Source of the DNA: Octopus vulgaris
Taxonomy: Eukaryota
Reading direction: 5' to 3'
NCBI GenBank assembly: GCA_951406725.2
Contig: OX597824.1
Location: forward strand, 59,768,001 to 59,832,000
DNA length: 64,000 nucleotides
The stretch's first letter is position 1. Every line of letters starts with the position of its first letter. The position numbers and the translations under genes are program-made. The notes under the pieces are model-generated. The model worked only from the letters and a program-made list of their open reading frames with translations. It searched no databases and was not told the origin of the DNA. Below are positions 12,937 to 26,853 of the stretch, piece by piece.

Positions 12937-13070
12937 CTTCATCATCATCATCATCATCATCATTATCGTCGTCGTTTAACGTCTGCTTTCCATGCTGGCG
13001 TGGGCTGGACGGTGTGACTGAGGGCTGGCAAGTCAAAAGGTTGCACCACGCTCCAATCTGATCTGGCAAA
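12937..13070 (-). mobile_element. RTE-LINE 3' tail fragment with (GAT)n
   Basis: Similar to 24050-24185 and 51396-51500. Confidence 0.7.
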
Positions 13071-13200
13071 GTTAAACGCAATTTAAATGTGTTCTGTGTA
13101 CAACCTATATAATTAAACTTAGGGAGGTCATGGGTTATAACAGTAGCTTTGTACATTACATTTTTCTTTTTACAGTTCCCTTTTACCTCATAATCTGATC
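13071..13200 (-). mobile_element. PLE GIY-YIG fragment
   Basis: GNCKKKNVMYKATV..NYIGCTQNTFKLR. Confidence 0.7.
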
Positions 13201-13424
13201 ATTTTGTTATTAAATATTTTAGCATATCTAGAGTTACAAAAGATTGATTTAATAATGGATCGAATACATCTGATGAAATTAGACTTAACTAGGTTAATAT
13301 GTGTTTTTTAGATTATTATTGTTATTGTTTTTTTGTGTTTTTTCCTATATATACATTAATATATTTCGTATGTGTAGTTTTGAATGCATGTAGGTTTATG
13401 TTTATGCGTATGTTCTTTTGTCTG

Positions 13425-13492
<68 letters not shown>

Positions 13493-13540
13493 TGTGTGTG
13501 TATATATATGTGTGTATATATATATATGTGTGTCTGTCTG

Positions 13541-13599
<59 letters not shown>

Positions 13600-13614
13600 T
13601 TATGTATATATATA

Positions 13615-13658
<44 letters not shown>

Positions 13659-13696
13659 TGTAAGTGTATATGTGTGTATTCCTTTTTGAATTAATT

Positions 13697-15119
13697 TTTT
13701 CCCTGACCTCCCACGTCAGTAAAGTCATGAAACGCATTGTCAGGAAAAGACTGATTGAGTTCCTTTATGACAATGACCTGCTCTCTGATACCCAACATGC
13801 CTTTCGCCCGGGAATGAGCTGTCTTACACAGCTTCTGCGACACTATGACTGGGTACTGAAGCAATTAATGAACTGCTCAAAGGTGGTATACCTCGACTTT
13901 GCGAAGGCATTTGACAAAGTCGACCATGGAATGATATGCCACAAAATACGGGGACTCGGCATCACAGGTAAAGTCGGAGAGTGGCTGCATGATTTCCTAA
14001 AGGACAGGAGCCAAACTGTAGCAGCCAACGGAGCTCTCTCCACAGAGACACCAATAGTAAGTGGAGTGCCCCAGGGCACTGTGCTTTTCATGGCAGCCCT
14101 ATCGGATATGCCATCAGTGACAGAGGCAGTCACGCTTACCAGCTATGCCGAAGACACAAAAGTCGCACAGTCAGTCAAGGAAACCTCTGATGCTACGCTC
14201 TTACAGAAAGATCTCGATACCATCTATACATGGGCTGATGATAACAACATGCAATTTAATGCAAGCAAATTCTAGGCCCTCTGCTGCCAGTTAAGCACAG
14301 CTCAGGAATCACGACATCAGTACGTTGGACCAAGTGGAGCAACGATTCCTGAATCAAATACGGTGCGTGATCTTGGAATAGAAATGAGCAACATTTCACA
14401 CACATATCAACAAAATGGTAGCAGTGTCCAGAAGACTGGCCGGTTGGTTTCTGAGAACCTTCCGGACAAGGGACCAAGAAATTATGATGACACTATGGAA
14501 GTCATTTATCCTCAGCCAACTGGACTACTGCTCTCGGCTATGGTCACCTTATACTACAAGGACGATAGCACAGCTTGAAGCAGTCCAACGACATTACACA
14601 AAGAAAATTGCATCAATGGAACGACTGAGCTACTGGGACAGATAGAAAGAGCTACGACTCTATTCCCTGGAACAAAGGCGGGAGAGGTATGCAGTGATAT
14701 ATATATATATATGGAAGATACTGGAAGGACTGGTACCAAACTATGGAATAATGAGCTATACCAGACCACGAACAGGACGTCACTGTGCTGTCTCCACTGT
14801 GCCGACTGTTTCATCTCGGGCAAGGACGATGTACTGCAATAGCTTGGGTTTCAGGGGCCCACAGCCGTTTAACTGTCTGCCGAAGCATCTGAGGAGCCTC
14901 CATTGAGTGGATGTAGACGTTTTCAAACGTGAAATTGACCTCTGGCTCGCCGAAATCCAGGATGAGCAAATATCTAAGCAAGAAACTCAAAAGAGGGCAG
15001 TAGCATCGAACTCCATCCTTCACCAAATGCCGTTCCGACAAAGGTGGAAAGTGGAAAGATGATTACAGTGGCGGTGCTCCAGCATGGCCACAATCATTGG
15101 ACTGAAACATATAAAAGAA
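13697..15119 (+). mobile_element. 5'-truncated CR1/L2-group LINE, decayed, with 3' tail
   Basis: QHAFRPG.SCLTQL, YLDFAKAFDKVDH, SGVPQGTV, SYAEDTK, LDYCSRLWSP, WKILEGLVPN; tail at 15067-15119. Confidence 0.9.
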
Positions 15120-17639
15120 CTAGCAGTATAGCCCGGCGCTGCCCGAGATTAAGTTAGGATCATTAAGCTAATCAAGCGCTTTGTTTCAAACCAAACTAAG
15201 TAACACCGACGTCAAATTTGAGCAAAATCTATTGAAATTGGTAAACATTTGGCTGAAGATAGATTACAGACAATTTGATTGGGAAATCCATAAGGAATCG
15301 TTTTATCGATTTTTCCATTCATCGATTGTTTTTTTTTGGTGGGGGGAGAATTTAAAGCATTCAAAGATCCCATGAGTCCTAAGTAACGCCGGCACCAAGT
15401 TTGAACAAAACTGATAAAAGTTATGGATGAACATAGGGTATAGCCAATTTTAGTGGGAAATTCTATAAGGAATCGGTTTATTGATTTTTCATCCTGATTT
15501 TCACTCAAAATAGGACTTAACCGAACACAACGTTGCTGATTCAAAAAATCTATATTTATACTTTAAAGTTGGTTTTCATATCCAACCCAGTTCATTATCA
15601 CGACAGGAACGCGTGGGTTGGGAGTTTGACCGGCAGAGGTGATCAGGTTGCACATGCCGGCCCTTTCGAACCCTGCCCTCATCATCTAACCTCTCCCCCC
15701 ACCCTGGACCATTAGTTGGGAGCCCATCCGGCAAGGAAAATAGAATGCCCAAAAGGGCTCCCGATCCTCTGTGTCAGAAGAGGCTATGTTCGGATCACAA
15801 ATAAGCCTTAACCTAAGCTTAAGCTAACCTAGCGAAAGGGGGCCCTGGAGCCTCTAAAAGGCAGTGACTAATCCCGATCTAATCCTAAAACCTCTTAGGG
15901 GCACTATCAGTCAAGGCTGCATCGAAAATATGCATTGGAGAAGGTTGCATCGAAGGTTTGCATTGGAGATCTGCAGTGAAGAAGGTTGACTCAAAGATTT
16001 GGATTGGATAAGGTTGCATTAGAGATCTGCATTGGAGAAGGTTGATTCAAAAGTTTGCATTGGGGATCCGAATTGGAGTAACTTAGGAAAACTCACCAAC
16101 AGCCTTAACAAAAAAATAAGGGACCTGGCCCTTCTAGCCTAACTCTATGAGCAACTTGGCCAAGCACTGATATCGACCGAGTGAGCATTGTTGTTGGAGA
16201 AGTCAGCATTGTCCAATAAAAAAAAAGAGGAAGAGTCCATGAGTCATGCCGCCATGGTTTGAGAATATGTCTGGCCAATGCTTCCGTATCACCTGTTTAT
16301 AACCATATGGGCTGCAGTGATGACTTGTTCTTCTTTCTACTTCGCTATAGACAACAATGCATGTTCTGCCCTGTGGAGCATACACAAAAAGAGTGTTTCT
16401 ACTCCCCACACAGGAGCAGGCCACATAAAGTTGCCCATGTGAAAAGCACGGCTTCCCCAAATGGATGACCGCCACCGATATTGTTTGGCCTTGAGATTTG
16501 TTGATTGACATGGCGATCTGCGGATGTTAAACGGCATGTCTGACCCCGTGGGATAAAGGTGCCTCCTTGAAATGAAAACATTTTCCTCCCTCCCGTACCC
16601 CGTAACAATGGTGGCCTCAATAAAGTGGGGCGTCAGGGACTTGACTACCAAGCAGGTCCCGTTGCACTGCTTAGGCGGATAAAGCGTGTACTTTTTATCC
16701 CATTTTAGTTTTATTGAATGATTGTGTAAAATTTTCTTAACAATAGGATATATTGTAAGTCTACACACACACACACACACGCACTTGCTGTTGTTGTTGT
16801 GATGCGTGTACTCTTTATCCCATTTGAGTTGTTATTTTGAGTGGCAGGAGATAAGTTTCAGCGAACTTGAATAGCATGTTCGGAACTCATTTCTAATGTT
16901 GAAATGCCACATATCAAAAAATGCTTTAAATCACATAGGAAGAAAAACGGCTATAGTACGAAGTCATCGATTTGCTTCGATCGCAGAGAAAGCAAAAGTA
17001 CGTACAGAGAATTTCATAAACAGAAATAAATAAGTATGTTGTGGCTGAAAATAACAGTCAAATAAAGAATTTAAATATTAAAACAAACAGAAATTAAGAA
17101 ACGAAATGTGCTAGTTGCTAATTATATCGTAATTCCAATTGAATAAACCAACATTAAATATCTAACATTCAAAATTTCATTTAAAACGAAATATATAGAA
17201 AAATTGAATATATACACATACTATATGTATACTGTATATACATTTCTTTCAGAGCGGTTCATCCTTGTTTTTCTGTATAAATAAAACTATATATATATAT
17301 ATATATATATTTCTTTCAGACCACACGAACTGACATAAAGAATCTTGCAAACTAAATTTAAAAACGAAATAGTTTATTTTTGTTTTTTCTGTATAATAGT
17401 CGCCATCGTAGAGGACTTAACTCATGTTAGCAAACATCGGATTTCACCGATGTGAAAATTGGTAAAAGTTATGAATGAAAATCTATTTTTACCGCTATCC
17501 GAGGATGTCTCAGGAAAAATAAGTTGACAAAACCCAGCTAGGATCGTGACGAATGTCCTCCTAAAATTGGAGCGGTATACGTGCTAATTTGTGGACGTGC
17601 ATAATTTATACACAATGTAAGATTCCCTTATGAGTGAGA
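15120..17639 (-). mobile_element. Non-autonomous Helitron containing a PIF1-helicase C-terminal fragment (~16320-16680)
   Basis: 3' CTAG (15120-15123) with adjacent GC hairpin; CNGT.LVVKSL..IEATI.TG and SINKSQGQT..CFSHGQLYVACS motifs. Candidate 5' A|TC at 17639 is less certain. Confidence 0.7.
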
Positions 17640-17954
17640 TCCAGCAGTTTTTAAACTTTGGTCATTCCAAGTAGAGAATTTATATACAGTGTTGCAGAGT
17701 CAAATGTTTTTATTTAAAGTATTTATTTAATTTGTGTATAAATTCTATATTTGGAAGGACCCATTTCAAACTCTGTTGGACTTTTGGACTTTACTTATAA
17801 GGTATTGGAATATTACATATATACCATTCTGCCTAAAAAATGGATTTACAACTTCAATATCCATACATATCTTACATCTATTTTCTTTCCTCCACCTCAG
17901 TCTCTATTTTGTATCACATCTAAACTAAATATGACTTAACCATCCTATCACACC

Positions 17955-18006
17955 GTCTCCGATGAAGGGATATAATTAATAAAAATCCTGGAAACAGCTG
18001 TAAGAC
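17955..18006 (+). ncRNA. Type I hammerhead motif (U4C variant)
   Basis: GTCT-CCGATGA-A-GGGAT..ATCCT-G-GAAA-CAGCTG-TA-AGAC; (TA)n ~65 bp downstream. Confidence 0.75.
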
Positions 18007-18460
18007 CTTCTATCTATAAATGTTCTATCTACACAGCCTTGGTTTTTTTATCTCATTACGCAAAAAATTCTTATATACATACATATATATATATATATGT
18101 GTGTGTGTGTGTATTTATATATATATGTGTGTCTGTGTGTGTATATTTATATATATATATGTATATTCATAAATATATATATGTGTATATTTATATATAT
18201 GTATATTTATATGTATATATAATTGTGTGTGTTTGTGTTAAATTCAAATTACAATGAAAGTAAACAAAGGTTGCTTTACAAGCGTTGAGATGTATCGAAA
18301 GATAAGGATATAATTTTATTCTCAAATGCAGGCTAATGCTAATAATATAGCATGAACAGGATAAGCTACCCATATTCTGCAGTAAAATGTGTCGGTGGCC
18401 AGCATCATCCTGCGTTTGAGAATAAAAATTATTTCCCTGCGCATATATGTGTGTGTGCAG

Positions 18461-18502
<42 letters not shown>

Positions 18503-18503
18503 A

Positions 18504-18538
<35 letters not shown>

Positions 18539-18561
18539 ATGTATGTATGCATGCATGTATA

Positions 18562-18635
<74 letters not shown>

Positions 18636-19148
18636 TGTATGTATGTATGTATAGCTATATATATATATAATTATGACGCGCACTCTTTAACTCTTTACTT
18701 GACCTTTTCTTCCTGCCGGTCTGTCTTCCTCTCTACTTGTCTGTCTCCTTATTTTTCACCCTTTCTGGTTTCTTTTCCTCTCTATCTCTCTCTCTCTCTC
18801 TCACTCCTCCTCCTCCATCTCTCTCACTCCTCCTGTCTCTGGCCGCAGACCGGACTACTAAACTTCCTTTCGCTCACTGATTTCAACAAGTCAACATCGA
18901 CTTTCTTCTGTCTCTAGCAAGTCGATCTTCTGAATTGCGTTCCAACGAATTTTTCCACCGTATAGGCTTAAAAAAGCCCTTAATGTTGGTTTCCTTGTCC
19001 TGTTTTTATTCTTTATGTGTACTGTATTTTTATTTACTTGTATTGCTTTTACGTCCTGTTCTTGTCACCTTTTTTCTTCTTTTTTTTTACCCCTCTGCAA
19101 AAGAATTTTATTTAATTCATTTTGCAGGAATGACTGCTTCGACCGGAT

Positions 19149-19209
19149 CGTGTTCTGCCCTTACCTTCGAAACACGCATTGAGTCGCACCAGGGGCAGCT
19201 GATGAAAGG
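19149..19209 (+). ncRNA. Candidate non-circularly permuted hammerhead ribozyme
   Basis: CGTGT-T-CTGCCCTT-A-CCTTC-GAA-ACACG-(14 nt)-AGGGGCAG-CTGATGA-AAGG; all three helices and an intact core are present, in a rearranged order. Confidence 0.65.
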
Positions 19210-19407
19210 GAATATTCCTTGTATTGTTTATCTTGTACTCTGTTTTTTCGTTTCCTTGTTTTTATGTTTTTATGTTTTCGTTTCTCATTGTGTTCTACGT
19301 TTATTTGTGGTGTCCTGTACTCATATATATATATGCATGTATATATACATATAGATGTAGGTATGTACATATATGCATGTATGCATATGTTTTATTTGTT
19401 AAATTGT

Positions 19408-19466
<59 letters not shown>

Positions 19467-19553
19467 TATATCAATAATACAGTGATTGTTTCTTGTCAGG
19501 AACAAAAAGATTAATAGGACTGCTAAAGAAGTGCTCTATTGAAAGAGACAAAA

Positions 19554-19847
19554 ATATCAAACTAAAGGTATTGAACAAACAAATGCAAGGCCATCCGCAT
19601 AACATTTCATAATTCGAACATTTAATCATAGAATATACATATAAACATCCCGCAAGATGGAACATAATTCATCTGTACAAGCAATAAGCATATAATAAGG
19701 TGCGAGAAAAAAAGTTCATCACGGTTTAGAGTTAATAATTTAGCGATTCAAAAAAATACATTTAAAAAAAAAAACATTACAACACCTAGAAAGTAAAAAT
19801 ATAATATAAAGTAATATATAAAAATATATAGGTATATAAAAATATAT

Positions 19848-19908
<61 letters not shown>

Positions 19909-20117
19909 CATATAAAAAATATATAATATATATCATGTAAATAAAATAAAAGTTCATCGTTTAGAAATCTTATAAAATTATTATTCAAGTAAGAGAAGCC
20001 TTATAGTTAAAAAAGAGGAAACCATATTTACTTAATCCCTATGGCCATTTCAGGGGTGTATTATTATGTTTAAAGCACTAGGGTACATCAAGATATTATA
20101 TATTTTTTTATATTCTT

Positions 20118-20159
<42 letters not shown>

Positions 20160-20468
20160 ATATATTTTTATATTTTATATATTTTTATATACCTATATAT
20201 TTTTATATATTACTTTATATCATATTTTTACTTTCTAGGTGTTGTAATGTTTAAAAAAAAAACATGTATTTTTCTGAATCGCTAAAGTATTAACTCTAAA
20301 CCGTGATGAACTTTTTTGCTCGCACCTTATTATATGCTTATATGCTTGTACAGATGAATTATGTTCCATCTTGCGGGATGTTTATATGTATATTCTATGA
20401 TTAAATGTTCGAATTATGAAATGTTATGCGGATGACCTTGCATTTGTTTGTTCTACAACCTTAGTTTG

Positions 20469-20472
<4 letters not shown>
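19554..20472. repeat. Long inverted repeat (~385 bp arms, ~145 bp spacer)
   Basis: 19554-~19938 is the near-exact reverse complement of ~20085-20472, including an internal (TA)n. Confidence 0.92.
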
Positions 20473-20526
<54 letters not shown>

Positions 20527-20540
20527 CTGTATATATATAC

Positions 20541-20597
<57 letters not shown>

Positions 20598-21483
20598 CAT
20601 ATATATAGAAGACCTGAGACAAACAAAACCAAAAAAGAAAGAACAATTAAAAACCCTTCCCTACATCTCTACACACAACCCACTCAACAATGAGGCCTTC
20701 AACACCATACTACAAAGCACAGCCCTACTAAAGGGAGACCCAAAGATGAACCGGATCCTCGAAACACACACCATCATTAAAAGTAAACGGCAACCAAAAT
20801 CCTTGAAAAGGATTTTAACCCAAGCTACACTGCACTCAACATCAACCACAAAACCAGCAGTTAGAAAATGTGGAAGGCCCAACTGCGGAATCTGTGTCAT
20901 CTTGAAAGAAGGATCAGAATTTATACTGGAACAAGGCCACCAGTTCACCATTAGAACTAACTTCACCTGCGCATCAGAAAACTTAATTTACGTCATAACA
21001 TGCGCAGGCTGCAATAGGCAGTATATAGGCCATACAAAAAATAGCTTACGTAACAGGATGGCGGTGCATAAATCACAAATTAGAAACCCTGATTACCGGA
21101 AAATACCGGTCAGCGGACACATAGATAGATGTGCTGGAAATGTAAATCCGAAATTTACAACTAACCCGCTCTATAAATTCAGTGACAACGCAACCTTCAC
21201 GCAACGCCAAAATAAAGAACTGTATTTCATAAAAAAATATAGACCAAGTTTAAACACCCTGGGCCAGGAATATTAAAACAAAAGATATATTAAAACAAAA
21301 GATAGGTCCTCCGAAAAGGAGAAGCAAAATTCCACCACGGCCGCTACCTTAAACAGTCACTCGCACTAACGGAAATATGCCTTAGGAAAAAAGGGAAAAA
21401 AATTTATAAAAAGATTTCTTCGTACAAATCTAACCCTGATGGACTGACCACATACGATACAGCTAAGGGTCAGACCCGATTCT

Positions 21484-21875
21484 GATTGGTCAACACTTTG
21501 ATGACGTCTAGTTCTGCTAGACTGGACAGGATACAGACAAGGGGCAGAGATTAGTCAGAATATTGATGACGTCCTTTTCTGCTTGACTAGTCACCTAACA
21601 AGATACAGACAAGGGGCAGATCTAATACAGCTATAAGTCGTGATTGGTCAGAATTTTGATGAAGTCCCGTTCTGCTTGACTAAGCCACCTAACGAAACGA
21701 TTGGTCAAAACAGGATACAGACAAGAGACAGTTATAATACAGCGATAGGTCACGATTGGTCAGAATGTTGATGACGTCCCGTTCTGCTTGACTAAGCCAC
21801 CTAACGAAACGATTGGTCAAAACGTTGATGACGTCACGCTACACTGGACTGACCACCTAACAGGTGTTATAAAGC
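21484..21875 (+). promoter_or_regulatory. Array of five ATTGG(CCAAT)-N12-TGACGTC(CRE-like) modules followed by TATAAAG
   Basis: ATTRG at 21485, 21550, 21643, 21755, 21812; TGAMGTC at 21502, 21567, 21660, 21772, 21829; TATAAAG at 21868. Confidence 0.55.
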
Positions 21876-22195
21876 CCGAACAATTCACAAGATTCGCCAG
21901 AATCATCCAGCGAACACTCACCATAAGTCATCACAGTTGCTCAAGGTAAAAATGAATTCCTCGCTCTTTCAGGAACATCAATTTTTTATATTGACTGCAT
22001 TCCACCACTTTGATCTATTTTTTATATTGAATGCATATCACCACCACGAACCACTGCATCATACACTTTAAACATATAGCATGAACGAACTCACTTCAAA
22101 CTATATATGAACTTTATGATGTCTGACTTCATTGTGTATTATAAATGAATTTCTTATATTTGATAGCATGAACTATCTTTTTTTATATATAACTT

Positions 22196-22236
22196 TTTTT
22201 GATAAGGTTCATTTCAGGAACTGAAACATGTTATAA
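22196..22236 (+). ncRNA. Hammerhead motif, U3-A8 core variant
   Basis: TTGATAA-GGTTC..GAACT-GAAA-CATG-TT. Confidence 0.6.
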
Positions 22237-22796
22237 TGTATATATAAAAATTAAAAATTGTATAATATAGCAGCATTTTCGAACTTCATTTTTTACAAAT
22301 ACATATATATATATATACATATATATATACATATATATATACATATATATATATATACATATATATATACATATATATATATACATATATATATATACAT
22401 ATATATATACATATATATATACATATATATATATACATATATATATATACATATATATATATACATATATATATATACACATATATATATACATATATAT
22501 ATACCAGACCAATCTTACGCACTAATACTCTCTCATACACACACACACACACACACACACCCTTATACATACTAATACATACACCAAACCTATACATACA
22601 CACATCCAGACCCCTCCCACGCACTTTTAGCTGGTCCCTCAACCCATTTATCAACCCTATTATCTCCCCTTATTTCGCTCTCGCGTCTCATGTTTGATCT
22701 TTGACCTCTGGCCGAAATCAGATCGCCATGTTGATTCGTTAGCTACTGCACGCATTTTTTTCTCTCCTTCTTTCTGTGTTTTTCTCTCTCTGTGTA

Positions 22797-22834
22797 TCTT
22801 TCTGTTGAAGAGCGTAGGCTCGAAACGTTAAAGA
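22797..22834 (+). ncRNA. Minimal PLE-type hammerhead (A6U, probably inactive) in a solo PLE terminal fragment (~22560-22932)
   Basis: TCTTT-CTGTTGA-A-GAGC-GTAG-GCTC-GAAA-CG-TT-AAAGA. Confidence 0.65.
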
Positions 22835-22977
22835 CTTGTTTTATTTATATTTCCTGAGCGCCATACTAATACAATTGTTCGTTTGTTTTCCACCTGCCTT
22901 CGTCTTTTGTTTATTTTCATAAAGCTTCCCGTTATATATATACATATATATATACATATATATATACATATATATAT

Positions 22978-23010
<33 letters not shown>

Positions 23011-23093
23011 CATACATATATATATACATACATACATATATATATACATATATATATATACATATATATATATACATACATACATATATATAT

Positions 23094-23723
<630 letters not shown>

Positions 23724-23785
23724 TATATACCCACTCGTATACAAGCTAATCTTATTATAAATATATATATATATATATATATACA

Positions 23786-23820
23786 CTAGCTGAAGGTGAC
23801 CCGCTCTACGCTCGGGTAAG
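23786..23820 (-). mobile_element. Helitron 3' terminus
   Basis: CTAG at 23786-23789 next to (TA)n, with ACCCG..CGGGT hairpin. Confidence 0.55.
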
Positions 23821-23842
23821 AGTGTGGTTGTTACTTTCTGTT

Positions 23843-24144
23843 GCTTCCTTTCAGCACGTAAAAAGCACCATCCGAACGTGGCCGATTGCAGCGCCGCCTT
23901 GACTGGCTTCTGTGCTGGTGGCACGTAAAAAGCACCAACCGATCGTGGCCGCTGCCAGCCCCCCTGGCACCTGTGCCGGCGGCACGAAAAAAGCACCCAC
24001 TACGCTCACAGAGTGGTTGGCGTTAGGAAGGGCATCCACCTGTAGAAACACTGCCAGATCAGACTGGAGCCTGGTGCAGCCTCCTGGCTTCCCAGACCCC
24101 GGCCAAACTGTCCAACCCGTGCTAGCACGGAAAACGGACGTTAA

Positions 24145-24185
<41 letters not shown>
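23843..24185 (+). mobile_element. RTE-LINE 3' UTR with GCACGTAAAAAGCACC repeats and (GAT)n tail
   Basis: Homologous to the 3' UTR attached to the RTE ORF at 51396-52480. Confidence 0.8.
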
Positions 24186-24186
<1 letters not shown>

Positions 24187-24294
24187 CTCTCTCTTTCTTT
24201 CTCTCTCTAACGCAACGCCTCCTGTTTACTTAGGTACAAACCTGAATAATAATTGGCCCCCCACAATACAACACGGACCTAGATACAGCCAATT

Positions 24295-24719
24295 ATTTAT
24301 GCTGCTGTAGAGATAAAACAAAGTGCCATTTCACAAATAGATGTAAGACAAATAACGTAGTTTACCAATGTGACGTCCGCACTGACAACCAGACGAAATC
24401 ATACATAGGTGCAGCTAAGAACCAAATGATTCTCAGATATAATACGCATCTATCCAGCTTCAGAAATAGGAATAAAGCAAACTCAACAGGCCTTAGTGCA
24501 TACATTTGGGAACTTAAGGATAAAAAAATAGATTTTAGCTTGAACTGGCGTATACTCACAAAAACAACTTCCTACAACACAGCAAATAGACGCTGCGATC
24601 TCTGCCTATCAGAACACCTAGCTATACTTGCGGCTAAACAAAATCTTCTCAACAGGAAATTTGAGAACAACAGATTTTGTCTCCACGTGGGCCTGTATGT
24701 ATTTTCGAAATACCGGTAG
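24295..24719 (+). mobile_element. PLE GIY-YIG fragment
   Basis: CCRDKTKC..NVVYQCDV..SYIG..LRYNTHLSSF..STGLSAYIWELK..LNWRIL..CDLCLSE. Confidence 0.85.
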
Positions 24720-25674
24720 AATAGCCTCTATTGTCTTCATGCAGTTCTCTAGGCCTTCATAATCCCAAATTAGAATACTCATCTATTTAAGTCTAATTAA
24801 CAGAGTAATACATGAAACACACGAATAGTCACCCTGCAAACCCACTCGCCCCAAACATTCCATAACAATACACTTTGCAAATACATAGGTTCCGCCTAGC
24901 ATTAAGAAATTCTATATTAGACGTAACACATTTTCAAACCACCCAATATTTGGTAAGATTTAGCTCCCTTCCCACACTGCTAGAGTTACTCCCCTTACAC
25001 CGCCAATGTTAGAATCTGTAATACGAGACGTACATGTAAGAAAAAAATGTGCTTAATTAAACGAGGTAACCCGCTGAAATTATTATAGAAACGAATTGCA
25101 GATTTGGACTGTCTGTATTTTAAAACTATGATTAAAAATAAAAATTCGCAAAGAAGTTATGGTTTTAGGATTTTTAGAGGGACGCTATTAATGAGAAAAT
25201 CAAAAAGATTTTAGTAATGTTTTTAAATTATGGTTCATTTTCTGATTGAAAATAAAGGAAGTGGGGATTGATATGGTGAGCGCCAATTTCCCCTATTTTT
25301 TTTTTTTTCTTTCTTTTTCCAGAAACAGGAGAAAAAAACGTAATTCTCCGAAGTAAACTTCAAATACTTTAAAACACAGAAATGAATGTTAAACCTTGGA
25401 TTTTACATACACAGATCAAACAGGTAAGAACAAACCCTAGCTACATGCACATACAAATCAAAATTCGCAGCTCTAGTTACTTTCCTCGGGTTTAGAAAAC
25501 CGCGTAAAATATGATCAGTTAAAAATAGCTTGAGGTTAGTTTTCTTCTCACAAAGCAAAAGACAAAAATGTATAAAAAGAAATAAAACCTTGTTTGTAGA
25601 AAATGTTGGACCTGAGTCTGCACTCTCTAAGCAAATTTCGTTCCCGAGCCAGTGTGCACATACATACATACATG

Positions 25675-25706
<32 letters not shown>

Positions 25707-26080
25707 TGTCCATACATACATAACTAACTCGTACATTACAAGTATGCAAGCCTTCTCATGTTTAAAATGTGATATTGTTTTCGTTATCTACGATGCAACT
25801 TAGTATGTTTGTTAGAAAGCAGCTGCTTCTTCAAAGGAAAAATTTAAATAATTAAAAACAGAAGCGCGCATACATACACACACACATGCATGCATGCATG
25901 CATACATACATACATACATACATACATACATACATACATACATACATACATACATACATACATACATACATACATACGTACGTACATACATACGTACATA
26001 CATACACACAAACATACACAAAAATAGATATTTTACATACGTACTCACAGAGACCAATATACAAATATACATACATATAC

Positions 26081-26470
26081 TCTTTTACTTGTTTCAGTCA
26101 TTTGACAGTGGCTATGCTGGAGCACCGCCTTTAGTCGAGCAAATCGACCCCAGGACTTATTCTTTGTAAGCCTAGTACTTATCATATCGGTCTCTTTTGC
26201 CGATCCGCTAAGTTACCGGGACGTAAACACACCAGCATCGGTTGTCAAGCAATGCTCGGGGACAAACACAAACACACACACACACACATATATATATACA
26301 TATATACGACGGGCTTATTTCAGTTTCCGTCAACCAAATCCACTCACAAGGCTTTGGTCGGCCCGAGGCTATAGTAGAAGACACTTGCCCAAGGTGCCAC
26401 GCTGTGGGACTGAACCCGGAACCATGTGGTTCGTAAGCAAGCTGCTTACCACACTACCACTCCTACGCCA
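26081..26470 (-). mobile_element. Full-length tRNA-derived SINE with internal microsatellite and LINE-derived tail
   Basis: tRNA-like head (GTGTGGTAAG..GGTTCAGTCCC), CCTTGGGCAAGTGTCTT core, tail GGCGGTGCTCCAGCAT..TGACTGAAACAAGTAAAAGAG. Confidence 0.88.
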
Positions 26471-26724
26471 ATAGACATAAGTAAATATACATACATACAT
26501 ATATACATACATACAAACATACACAAATATACAAGCGTACATACACATAAATACATGCATAGATACACACAAAAAAACATAGGCAAAAGCAATTCGTGAA
26601 AAAAGAACTATGTGCATTTGTGTATGTATATGTATGTATATATATGTGCGTATGTCAGTGTGTGTGTCCGTGCGTGCGCGTATATTTGACAGTTCAGCTC
26701 ATGTATAAGAAAGACAATGCATGT

Positions 26725-26853
<129 letters not shown>

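Larger units (their letters stand above)
20606..22300 (+). mobile_element. PLE 3' portion: open GIY-YIG ORF (to 21276), 3' UTR repeat array and hammerhead-bearing terminus, between two (TA)n tracts
   Basis: [61 protein letters not shown]; related to 9485-11211. Confidence 0.9.

Noticed and set aside
21484-21850. CRISPR-like repeat-spacer appearance
   Set aside because: Repeats are degenerate, spacers are related to each other and irregular in length, there are no cas genes, and the context is a eukaryotic PLE UTR.
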